A stretch of 64,000 bases of DNA from Narcine bancroftii (lineage: Eukaryota), in contig NC_091480.1 in assembly GCF_036971445.1 (NCBI RefSeq), positions 11,346,001 to 11,410,000 on the forward strand, in the 5' to 3' direction. The position numbers and the translations under genes are program-made. Positions within the stretch are counted from its first letter, which is position 1. Every line of letters starts with the position of its first letter. Shown here piece by piece: positions 1 through 38,400 of the stretch. The notes beneath the pieces are model-generated. The model worked only from the letters and a program-made list of their open reading frames with translations, had not been told where the DNA came from and did not search any database.

Positions 1-1063
1 CCGTTTAATCACATATTGACGCTGACACCTCGCGTGAGCTGAACTGACCCAAAAAAGTTTTGCTGCCGATTTCCGATTGTACTCAGCATCTGATGCCAGA
101 GTCCGATAATAGTTGGCCAGTAGTGGTAGATTTCATTTGCCCTGATAGCTTTTCTATGCTCCCATTGTCCTAGTGAAACTTTTCACCAAATGCAACAGAA
201 TGTATCACAGCTGCTGCACCATTGGGAGACTTCGGATTTTAATCTTTCTGAAGACCATAATAAATACTATGGTTAAGTACACTCACTGTGAAGAACATGT
301 GCGTCAACACATGTTCAATGTAATGCACAGCATCTGTACATGTGAGCTGCTTTGAAAGCCTGTCTGGATCTCTCCTGACTAAGCATGCCCAAGACAATAT
401 TTGCATAGTACCTACACTGAATGCATGCCCAGACATGCTTGGACTGACCAAAACAGCTCGCTTTGTGGAAAATATACTAGACGACTTAAAAATATGACAG
501 GAAATCACAAAAATAGGTTATAGCTAAAAAAACAGTACATGATAGGAAAATTTTACTGTGATTTTAGGAATCAGTAGCCCAAAGTCTGTAAAATACACCC
601 AAAAGTGTTCAGGAAGCAAAATCTTTGTTGTCCAGTGTTATAATCCACTCTGCGTGACCCTTTACTTAGTCCATTGTTACATCTTGCTCAGCTCTGCTCC
701 ATTTCCAATCACAGAGGCCCTGACTCCAGCATTCCCTTTCTACTTGCCAGGTTCTCTAGAAAACTCATTGTACAGTGTAATTTTTTTTTTTAAATAAAAA
801 GGGCAAATTAAAAATGTACCAGAAATAACATCCAATAGTCCGTAAAATCTGCTCAGAAATAAGGTCTGCAGGCGCTGCGATTGCCAGAGTAACTCAGCAG
901 ATTCCGCAGCATCCATGGGAGACAAAGATATATAAACCAACATTTCAAGCCTGAGCCCTTCATGTATGCAGAATCCCACTTACAACTGCTCTTTAAAAGT
1001 ACAGTACACTGGTCTTCCAAAGAAAAGTAAACAATGAAACAGAATGGAGAAACAAAGATCAGT

Positions 1064-1069
1064 TTTATT
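1064..1069 (-). terminator. Candidate COPS3 polyadenylation signal AATAAA
   Basis: AATAAA on the - strand ~245 nt past the stop codon. Confidence 0.55.
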
Positions 1070-1314
1070 TAACACAGCTCTGGTGTTATCCATGAACAGT
1101 GATATAGAAAATGGCAAGAGATTTTTCCTACCCAGAGATTCTTTTGCCAAGAAAAACAGCTCTGAAAACAAATAACAGAGGGAATCGCCCATCAAAACAG
1201 TTGATTTGCTCTCCTGATGTTCATGCAACTAAATCCATTTTCTCAGGTGTCCTGCTGATCCACATTCATTTGTATCTTGTTGTTGCTTGTGCCCCACTAT
1301 CTTCATAATTTCTT

Positions 1315-27612
<26,298 letters not shown>

Positions 27613-29171
27613 TTTGTCAAACCGCCTCGCTGCGCCTCATTCCAACGCCGTTCATCTGGCTGGCTGGTGAAGTCTCGCGAGATCTCGCTTGCAGCCCACG
27701 AGCGACTCCCAGCGGTCGGAGGACAAGACGACATCAGAACGGGGAGAGTTGAGGTGAACCGAACTGGAGGGCACCTTCAGCACTTGGTCAACCCCATGGA
27801 CACGTCTTAATCTATAGGTTACCTGTGTCTCCCCCTCTATTATCAGCTCTGAAATAAAAGTTTTTTTTATATTATAGTGCCAACAAAATTAAAAAAAACC
27901 TCTGAAGGTAGGTGAGGTACAAACCAGAAGACGTGTTAAGGGTGGAAAAGGGACTGATTGAAACTTTTTTTGGCAGAAGTGCTGCCTTTTGGAGGAGACC
28001 CTTCCCCATTCACCAGTGGATGTCAAAGTTGTCGAAGGACAGCTTAGAAGATGTTCTCCATATGTCAGCCAGTCTTCAGAGCCTTGCACTGATGATGAGA
28101 ACCTCAAATTCTTGCTATCTGCGGAGAGGATGCTTCCCGCTTACTGGGGCATCTATTTGAAAGACATTTTAGGATTGAGAAGGGGCTGATGGGGACATTC
28201 TGTTCTCTGCCACAAGCCCCTGGAGACTTTAGGAAAGGGAGGGAGATGTCTCGCTACAACTTAAGGAATCTGGAGAGAGAGAGAGTGGAAATAAGGTGTT
28301 AAGGCATCTGATCAGTCACCGTCTGCATTGGATGGCAGAGTCAACTCCAAGGGGCAAATGATCGAGAGGCGAAAGCATAAAATCAGGGGCGAGAATGTCA
28401 AGTGTCTTGGACGGCTAATCAGCGATTTCCCCTCCGAAGAAGGAGACTAATTCTGAGTGCATGCGAGGTGGAAAACAGGGTTACACCAATGTAAATCTGT
28501 TCTCAACCTTTTTCCACTCACATCCCACTTTAAGTATTCCCTCTGCCATCGGTAAGGGATTGCTTAAGGTGTTAAGTGGGTGGAAAGAAAAAAGTTTAGA
28601 AGATGACAGCACAGAAAGAGGTCCTTCGGCCCTTCTAGTCTGCCACGTGATGAAAGGCTCAAGCCTGAAACGTTGGTTTGCCAGATAAAGTACACTGTTT
28701 GACCGAGTTTCTCCAGCTTTGTTTTTTTTTTTACACAAATGTAACCTCGCTGTCTGTTTGAATCTATTTCGATTTTTTTTTTGTGGCTTGGACAATACGT
28801 TTCTGCAATGTTCAAACCGGATTATTTTCCCGTTCGCGATCAAGTGTAAAGACAAATGCGACATTGTTTGTGTCCGATGCTTTGATATTGTTTGCAACAT
28901 TCGCACTTGGAAATAAAGGCTCCTTCCTCGGGAGGGGGATCCCGCTTGCACAGGCTGGGTTCGCTGTTTGAAAAGTGGATTTCCGGAGAGCAAGGAGGTT
29001 TTTTGGAGGTGGGGTGGGGGGAGATGGTGGAGAAATGAGCTCCCGAGGTCATGCCGTCACCCTGCAAGGAACCAGGACACTTAAGCCGAGGAATATTGCT
29101 CCATTAATGACAAGTGGCTGAATAATGTATTTACATTTCTCTCTCTCTCTCTCTTTCTCCTCTCTGACTGA

Positions 29172-29462
29172 ATGCAGAAGGCTATTTTAAGCTGGTTGCA
29201 CGCCGGCATGCTATTCGGAAGGAGGTTGGCAGCTCTCCGGAGTGCGGGGAGCCGGCTGCTGTTTGGCGCAGGGGCCAGGTCGCTTGGCGAGAGCAGGCGG
29301 CTGCGAGTGCTGCTGGACATGGACGGGGTGCTGGCTGACTTTGAGGGCGGCTTTCTGCGAAAGTACAAGGACACGTACCCAGCGGAGCCGTGCGTTGAGC
29401 TGGCGGATCGCAGAGGTTTCTGGGTTTCGGCACAGTATGGACAACTTCAGGCCGACCTGTGT
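29172..29462 (+). CDS. NT5M: NT5M coding exon 1 (ATG 29208 has the better Kozak context)
   Basis: MLFGRRLAALRSAGSRLLFGAGARSLG...RVLLDMDGVLADFEGGFL...DLC|GTAAGT. Confidence 0.9.
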
Positions 29463-32400
29463 GTAAGTGCAAGGTTGGCTGGAAGTGTGCACGGCCTCGG
29501 GGCCCCAAACACTCCTTGCCAGCTTGTGAATCTGCAGGGGTCCGTCCACTGCATCCGCTGCTCTCCTTGACATCTCTACATGCCACAATAGTGTGGATCT
29601 CCCAGTGGCCACCCATTGCAATTCCCCATTCCAATCCCTTGCCAGTCCGTCTCTTGCACTGCCAGACTGAGGCCATCTGCAAATTGGAGGAACAGCACCT
29701 CATCTTCCGTCCGGGTGTGGGTGGCATTAACATCAACTTCTCTGTTTTTTGTTAAACCAACCCCCTCTTCCCACCCCCCTTCCCTCTGTCTCCTTTCACA
29801 GAGCCAAAATCAGTTCTTACCTTTCCACTTGCATCCAATTAATACCTTCTGTTGGTTCGGACTCCTCTCCCTGCCAGTCTTCAGTCAGTATTCTGAAGCC
29901 TTCCTGCTCCTTGCTTATACTCTGATGAAGGTTTCAGGCTGGAAACATTACCTCCTATGGACACTGCAAGACCAGCCAAGTTTCTCCATCGTTTCTTTTT
30001 CAATTGCAATCAGCTGGCCCATTCACAAATTGAACAGATCTCACCTCTTCAGAATGGTATCCAGAGGTAGCCTGGTTACCGTAGCGGTTAGCGCAATGCT
30101 GTTATAATGTCAGTGATCGGGACTTGGGTTTGAATCCTGCGCTGTCTGTAAGGAGTTTGTACTTTCCCTGAGTCTGCATGGATCTCCTCCGACCTTTCAA
30201 AACGTACTAGGGCTTGTAGGTTAATTGGGTGGCACAGGCTCGTGGGCCTGTTACTAAATTAAAAATTAAATCTTAATCTGCCGTGTCCTCATTCAAATTG
30301 TTTATGGGCTTGTAGCAATGTAAAAAAAGGACAAGAATTAGTCATTAATGATCAAAAATAACACAGATGCTGAAAATCTGAAATAAAATGTATAGGGTGG
30401 GACAGGCAGCACCTGAGGAGAATGAAGCACCAGTTTTTTTCTCCTTACAGATAGTCACAAGTTTTTTTTTTAAATTGGTGAATAAGATTGAATTTGAACC
30501 TTAAAAATGTCACCCCAAAACCATCAAGTATAAAATCTGAACCTTAATATCCCATGGTTTAAAGTGTTCACCATGGCTATGGAGAATAGCTTAAAAACAC
30601 TCACTAACTCAATGGTCAGATCACGACATTTTTTCAACTGAAACCTACGTTTGGGAAGCTGGATTAGTAGTAATGTTATATTGAAACAAAGTGTACTTTA
30701 TATAGTAAAGATAAAGATGCATAACCACTGTTTTGGGTTTGAGCCCTTGATGAGGTACACATTTGACCTGCTGAGTTCCTTCAGCATTGTGTTTGTACCA
30801 CAATCACAGTGTCTGCAGACTTCTGTGTTTTACTCCTATCTACTGCAAAAATTTGTAAAATCTCTTCAAGGGATGCTGTCCTGATGAAGTAGTTCTCCTT
30901 TGCTTTCTGAAGAAAGTTCTGTGGGATTCCCTCTCAGTGCTCCCCATCTGTCATCCCTGCTGTTCTCAAGCTCTACGACCATGTACTCACCCGGACTCCA
31001 CAGCCAGTTACCTTGATGAAGGGCTCAAGCCCGAAGCATTGGTAAAATACAGCCACGCTTCGACTTGAGCCTGATTGAGTAACATCCGATCACAAATACG
31101 TCCGAGGTATGTTGGCCAATGAGTCGAGGGGCCTAGGAGAGAGTCTGTGGCCGGGGCGTTGGTGTCCGGGTGGCTGAGTTGTGCAGTTGGGGTGACGGGG
31201 CGAGGATGCTTGGATGGGCGGGCGTCAAGGAGCTAGAAGAGAGTCTGGCCAGTACATTGGGTTATCGAGGATCCGTGGTCAGGGCACCGGGATCCCAGGT
31301 GGGTGGGCAGTCAGGATGTCGGGAGCTCTGATCAGCGTGCAGCTGGGGTGAGGATCCACGGTCAGGTGTTGGGAGCTTGGATGAGTTTATTTCACCTCTA
31401 ATGATCGACTTAAGCCCAAATCGATTTGCATCCCCACTTCGAGAATGTAATCCGGACGCGTCGATGCATAGCTGTACTTTTACCTTTGTCATAAAGTATG
31501 CTGTTTGACCAGCTGGGTTTCTCCAGCATTGTGCTTTTACAACATTCATAATCTCTCCACTGTTACTTTTTTTTGACAGGAGGAATAGATTATATGGTAC
31601 TTTTGTCACAGTCGTAACAAAATTACCATCGTCTAAAAGATACTTCACTATGAGGGGAAGTCGATAAATAGAAGAAAGAGAAGCAGGAAATATTGGAACA
31701 CTCTTCAGCTCCAGGCAGCATCGGCAGAAAGAGAAACACAGCTAACACGTCAGGTTGAAGACCTTTCATCAGAACTGAGAACGATTAGAGATTAGCCTGA
31801 AACTCTTGTTTTTCTTTCCGTAGATGCGGTCAAGCTGGCTAGGGTTTTTCCAATTTTATCTCAGATTTCCAGACTCTGCGGTTTTGTTTTCAATTTACTA
31901 ACAGATAAAATCTCTTTCAAATCAGTTGATTTCATGAACTTTTGTTCACCTTTTTGCCTTGTGTGGGTTTTCTTTTTAATTGTGCTGCCTTGGCACATGC
32001 AGGGCTTCTTGTGTAGAGGACGGCATAGTGATTAGTGCAGTGCTGTTACAGTACCAGCAACCTGGGTTCAAATCCAGTATTATCTGTAAGGAGTTTCCAC
32101 GTTCTCCCCATGGTTGTGAGGGTTTCCTCTAGGAATTTGGTCTTCCTCCCACCCTTCAAAACGTACCGGAGTTGTTGGTCGATTAGGTGTCATTGGGCAG
32201 CCTGGGCTCATGGACCAAAAGAGCCCGTTACCGCCTGTATTACTACATTATTTTTTCATTTCAAATTCTGTAATGACATCTTGGAGTATTTGGAGTGGAG
32301 GAATAAAATCAGAGTAGATGGAGAGTTTAGAACCACTAAAGACCGTGTGCAGGAGAAAAGGTTTGGAAGTAAAGGGTGAGATGGCAAGAGAAGGAAATTC

Positions 32401-35400
32401 AGGGAACTTGTTCTAAATTGTGCAGTTGTTGAAGCAGTCAGAGTGCAGGACCATCTATGGGGACAGATCAGGAGTGGAAATTTGCAGGGACAGAAGGTTA
32501 CGTACAAGATTCATTCCTAAGACTGTCTTTAAGTCGAATTTATCGATAAAGCTGCAGGTGCAGCTTTTAAATAATTGAAAAGGCTTCAAGCTTTTTCTTC
32601 CACTAAAGCAGTGGTTCTCAACCTTTATCTTTCCACTCACATCCCGCTTTAAGTAATCCCTATGCCATCGGTGCTCTGTGATTAGTAAGGGATTGCTGAA
32701 GGTGGTATATGGGTGGAAAGAAAAAGTTTGAAAACCACTGCTTTAATCATCCCTAATTGACTTGTTATGTGCACAGTTTCAAAACTCCAAAGGAAATGGG
32801 CCAATGACAATTTTTCTCAAGCTATGGTGCATGGAAGAACACAAGGACTGGGGAACATACATCCAGTAGCAAGGAGGATCAGTAAAGAAAGTTTAAAAAG
32901 TTAAAATTCCTGATGAAGGGCCCAGATCCAAAATGTTGGTTGCCTGTTACTTCCTATTGCGTGTCCTGCCCAGTTTTTGAGTGGGTTGCAAGTTTAAAAG
33001 TCGTATGGGATTCTTTTTTTTAATGGCTGGAGCATAAAATATAAGAGCAAGAGATTTTGCTCGGACTATGTTAGGCCACACCGTTCTGGCCACTGGATTA
33101 CAGAAAAGTGTAGATATTGCAGGAGAAATTTACAAAGATATTGACAGGACAGGAAAATATTGGTGAATAAAAACTGGGCATCTTCCCTTTGGAACAGAGA
33201 TGGCTGAGAGGAGACTTCATTGAGGTATACAGTAAAACCCCTTCTATCTGGGATTCAAACAACTGGCGGTTTTAAGCAAATAGGTTTAAAAAAAAAAATA
33301 GGGAAGTTTGAAATTGGTTCGTCATTATTCCTAGTCATAAGAGAAGCAAAATATTACGTCACTTCATAACATTCCAGTCACCTCCATTAAAACACATCCA
33401 GGACAGGTCAGAATGCAAGACTACATTACGTTGATGAGTTGGAGGGGGACTTGAGCCCACAACTTTCTAGCTCACCACCAAGAATGCAACCATGTCAAGC
33501 AAATAGTGGTTGTTTCATATCCTAACATGTATTGACAAGCAAAAGTAAATGTATTTTTCTCATGTTTGTTTTTCCAACTTACTTGCACAATTCAACTTGT
33601 ATCTAAAATAACATCAACTATATTCTTACAGAATAATGTAAGCAAGATCATGTACTCAGCATCCTGAGGATTCAAATTTTGTTTTATATAAAATAGAAAA
33701 TCCTGGAATAACTCAGCAAGTCAGGAGGCATCTGGGGAAAGAGAAGGAGTTCATGTTCGGGGTCAAAGACCCTTTGTAAGAAGAGTTTTGATGAAAGGTC
33801 TTTGATCTGAAACATTAACTTTGGCGCTGCCTGATCTGCAGAATTCTTTTAGCATTTTCTGTTTTTATTTCAGATTTACAGCGCCTGCCATTTTTTCCCC
33901 TGGTTTTAATTCAGTTTTACATATTTGTGATGAGGGGCAGTTTTGGCTGTAGAATCGTTATGCTTAATTTGTTGGTTGTCTCCTATCTTTTGCAGTACAG
34001 TGCTCTGCAATGAATTTAATGGCAAATGTCTTGCCTGTTGGATGCTTTTTTCTAATTGTAATATTCTTGCATTTTTTTAAAAACGCACAGGAGAAGGCAA
34101 TAAGTATATGGGAGTCAAAGAACTTCTTCATTGAACTTGATCCCCTTCCTGGTGCAGTGGAGGCCGTGAAAGAGATGGCCAACATGAAAAAGTGAGTCAG
34201 GTCTCCGACGCTCTTCTGATTCTTGCAGGACTTGGCCGGATCTGCACAGTGACCTTCTGCTTCTTTTCCACAGCACCGATGTGTTCATCTGCACCAGCCC
34301 GATAAAGAAGTACGACCACTGTCCTTTCGAAAAAGTGAGTTATTAAATAAAAAAAGATCAACCTGGCAAGCACATCAATAATTACTGAGACACACTGAAA
34401 TATAAATGTTGACCTACATACAGTATAGGCCGTTCTATAGGACGACTCTATATTGGACAACCACAGAATTTCCACTTGAAATGTAACCTTTGAGTGATAC
34501 CCTTTGTATAAGATGACCCCAAAATATGGCACTTATCGCCATTTAAAAATCTCAATATTTTAATACCACCCAAAATGGTTTTGAGCTATGCCCTTTGTAA
34601 AGGATGACCCCCCCCCCAAACAAAAGTCTAGTACTGCCACTGACCAGTGGAGTGATAGTATCACGATATTTTAATACCAAATTACCCTGTAAAGGTTTTA
34701 CTTTTATGAGCGTATTTTAAAATAAGCCACCAGCTCTGTAGCAGGTTGTTTCAAGCCTGATGGTAGTCAGATGGACCCCACGTGAAGTGCTAAGACTTCA
34801 TTGATAACTAAGCTTGTGTCGGAGCCGGCAGGAAGGTGGCAGTGGTGTCAAGGTTCGGATTTTGTACTCTGCGTACAAGGCGACCACTGATTTTGAGGTG
34901 ACATTTTTAAGTTTCAAGGATCATCCAAAACGCTGGCATTTATGGTATGGATCCAACAGGGAGGTAAAAAATAGAATGTAGCACCAAGCACTTGAAAGAA
35001 AAATACTGTTTTCAAAGAGAAACTGAACTGTAATGTTTGAGGGAAAAAACAGTTCAAAAAGAATAGATTTACACATTTGTTAGTTGAATTCTGTATACCT
35101 TTGTCCTTGATAAGCATTTGGTGCTTAAGTAAGTAACTAACATTTTGTAATAATCGGAGCAAAAGAATTCAGCAAAAAGCAGCATGCTGAAGAGATATGT
35201 AAAGGAAAAGGAGATCAAAAACTTTCCTTTTTTTGCCATTCTCAACAGGAGCCATATAGTACTGCCCACCTGGGGTCTAAAATACTTTTTTAAAATATAG
35301 TTGGTAGGTTGGAAAAAAACAACTAAACTTGACTGAGTTACGGGGAAGGGGACTATAAACTTTGAGCAGAGATGGGGGGGGTGGCATAGCCAAAAGAAGG

Positions 35401-38400
35401 TGGAGAATTGTTTGTTTATATTGTTCAAATAAACTTCACTGGATAAATATAAGGTGGATTATGCTGTTAAGAAGAATGAGTAGGCTAGTTATTCATTGGC
35501 AAGTGAAATGGGGAATGAGGGATTGAGTTTTCTGGGGATGCACACCATTCAATACAGCGACACAGGTTAATGAGGCCACAGAGAAAGTACTGTGATTCAT
35601 CTATAGGGAGATGAATGCAGAGCAGAGAAGTTGTATTTAAATTTATTCGTACACTATGGTAACAGGCCATTTCAGCCCACAAGCCTGTGCTGCCCAGCTA
35701 CAACCCCAGTATGTTATGAAGGGTAGGAGGAAACCAGAACACCTGGAGGAAATCCAGACAGACATGGTGAGAACGTAAAAACTCCTTACAGACTGCTCAG
35801 GATTCGAACCCCAATCGCCTGTGTTATAAAAGTGTTGTGCTAAACTTGCTGCCATGTAAAAGATTTAGAATATTTAGGTTGCTACTACAAAGAGTAATCA
35901 TGGCTCAGATGCGTTTACAGAAATGCTGGAGAAACACAGAGTGGGGATAAAAAAAGGAGGTAGTTTTACGGAGAGTAGGGCGTAAAGTTTTTCAGTGGTA
36001 TAAAACAGTGTTGGTTCCTGTGTAACTAAAGGGAATTTTTTTTTAAATGGCCAAAAGAAAGTATTAAAATTTGTTACTCCTTGTGTCCTGGTGCCCTTTT
36101 AATGGTGAGATAAGAATTAAACAGGATGTTGACAATGTTTTCACAGTACGCCTGGGTCGAGAAACACCTTGGGAAAGAGTTTCTGGAGCTGATGGTCCTG
36201 ACACGGGATAAAACATTGATATTAGGCAATGTGCTGATTGATGACAAACCAGATATATCAGGTAACCTTCATTGTATGAAGAAATTCCATCAGAAGTTCA
36301 GTGGAAGTTAACAACAAACTGGGAATTCTTTAGATGAAAACCTGACAGTCATATAACTTAATGATTAAAGTTAGAGTTTGGGTTGAGTTGCAGCCATTTT
36401 GTCATTCTGCCCATCATGTCAACACTGGTTGGATTCAAACAGCCCAACCTAATCCCACCTTCCAGGCTCTTGGTCGACAGGTCTGCAGGGTATACAACTT
36501 GAAATACAAAACAAGTACTCTGTAAACGAGATGAAAGTGTCTTCTCATTACTTTCAGGCAGTAGGTAACAAATTTGCTCCAATTACTCGACCAATCACAG
36601 GGACTTCCTGGATTACATGGAACCTAACTAGGAAAATCTCCTGAACGTTTATAAAGCATTTTCCAAACTACTAATAAGTTTCATAAAAGATTTCATGGTA
36701 TTAATTAATGACTGCATTTTTTAAAAATTTAGACATACTGCTCAATCCCTGCTCCCCACTTTACACCCCATTAACCTACTTCCCAGTACGGTTTTGAAGG
36801 ATGGAAGGAAACCAGAGCCCCCAGGGAAAGTCCACACAGAAACAGGGAGAACATACAAACTCCTTACAGACAGCACAGAATTTTAACCCAGGACCGGTCC
36901 GGATCACTGGCGCTGTAAAGACATTGTGCCAACTGTGCTGCCCGTTTCTGGTATACCAATAATTTAATTACAGGTAGAGTTAGTTATTATTCAATTAATT
37001 ATAGCAAGTGGATGTTGAGCGATATGCTATGGGGTATTTTAGAAAATGGACATCGGACTTCTGTCTTAATAACACTACAGACAGTTCTCAGGAATGGGAC
37101 CCTTACATAACCCAGAGACTGCCTGTAGTTTAGATCTTTTCCAGCTAGTTTATGACTTAAATGCTAAGGAAATAGATCCTTCTAATTTACTCTGTTCGGG
37201 CCCCTAACAATTTTAAATTAAGACTACCATTAACCTCCTTTCTTCCAAAGAAAGCAACGCTAGTCTCTCACGTCTTGTTCCTGACTGCAGTTTTCCATTT
37301 CTGACAACATCTCTGTGAATCTCATCTAGTGCAATTGCATCTTTCTTGTATGATATTCCAATTCTTTTTTAGAATCAGAATTTATTGTCATGAACATTAC
37401 TACAGGAAAGTTATCAATAAACTTGAAAGAGGGCAGAGAATATTTACTAGAACGTCACCTGGACTTCAGGAACTGAATTATAGGGAAAGGCTAAACGGGT
37501 TAGGATTTATTCCCTGGAGCGAAGAAGAATGAAGGGAGATTTGATAGAGGTATTTAAAATTATGAGGGGGATAGACAGTAAATGTAGGTAGGCTTTTTCC
37601 ACTGAGGGTGGATGAGATACAAACCAGAGGATGTGGGTTAAGAACAAAAGGGGAAAAGTTTAGGGGGAAACCTCTTCACAGAGTGATGAGAATCTGGAAT
37701 AAGCCAGGTGAAGTCGTGAATGGGAACACAATTTTAACATTTAGGAAGAATTAGGACAGGTACGTGGATGGGTGGGTTATGGAGGGCTATGGTCTGGGTG
37801 CAGGTCAGTGGGACCTGGCAGAAAAATGGTCTGGCACAAACTCGAAGGGCCGTATAGTGTAATGTTCTATGGTTCTAACATGACACATTTGTTGTTATGC
37901 AGCATATCAGTACAAAGATTTCTATAAACCACTTTTCAAAATAATAAATAGTGCAAGAAAAAGTCAAAGAAAAGCAGAGCCTGTGATTAATTGATCATGT
38001 ATGAGTCTGATGGCAGCGGGGAAGAAGCTGTCTTTGTGCTGCTGGGTACTCGTCTTCAGCCTCCTACACCTTTTTCTCAATGGAGGCAGAGTGAAGCAGG
38101 TATGGCCTGGGTGGTGGTGGTGGGGGTGTCCTTGAAAATAGAGGCTGCTTTCTTTCTCAATGTCCTCGATGGTGGAGTGGTGCCCGTGATGTCGCAGGCT
38201 GAGTTAACAACCCTCTCGGAGTATTTTTTGTCCTGAGCGTTGGCTCCTCCGTACCAGACAGTGATGCAACCAGCCTGAATGCTCTCCACAGTACACTTGG
38301 AGAAGTTTTCGAGAGTCTTTGGTGATATGCCGAATCTCTTCACACCTCACAAAGTAGAGGCGCTGGCGAACCTTTTCAACCTCTGATCAAAAACCGAGCT

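Noticed and set aside
29182-29736. Antisense ORFs (184 aa, 136 aa) over NT5M exon 1
   Set aside because: Shadow frames of a GC-rich exon plus a Penelope remnant.
32020-32250. tRNA-like A/B boxes
   Set aside because: These are SINE heads; there is no complete cloverleaf, so they are not tRNA genes.
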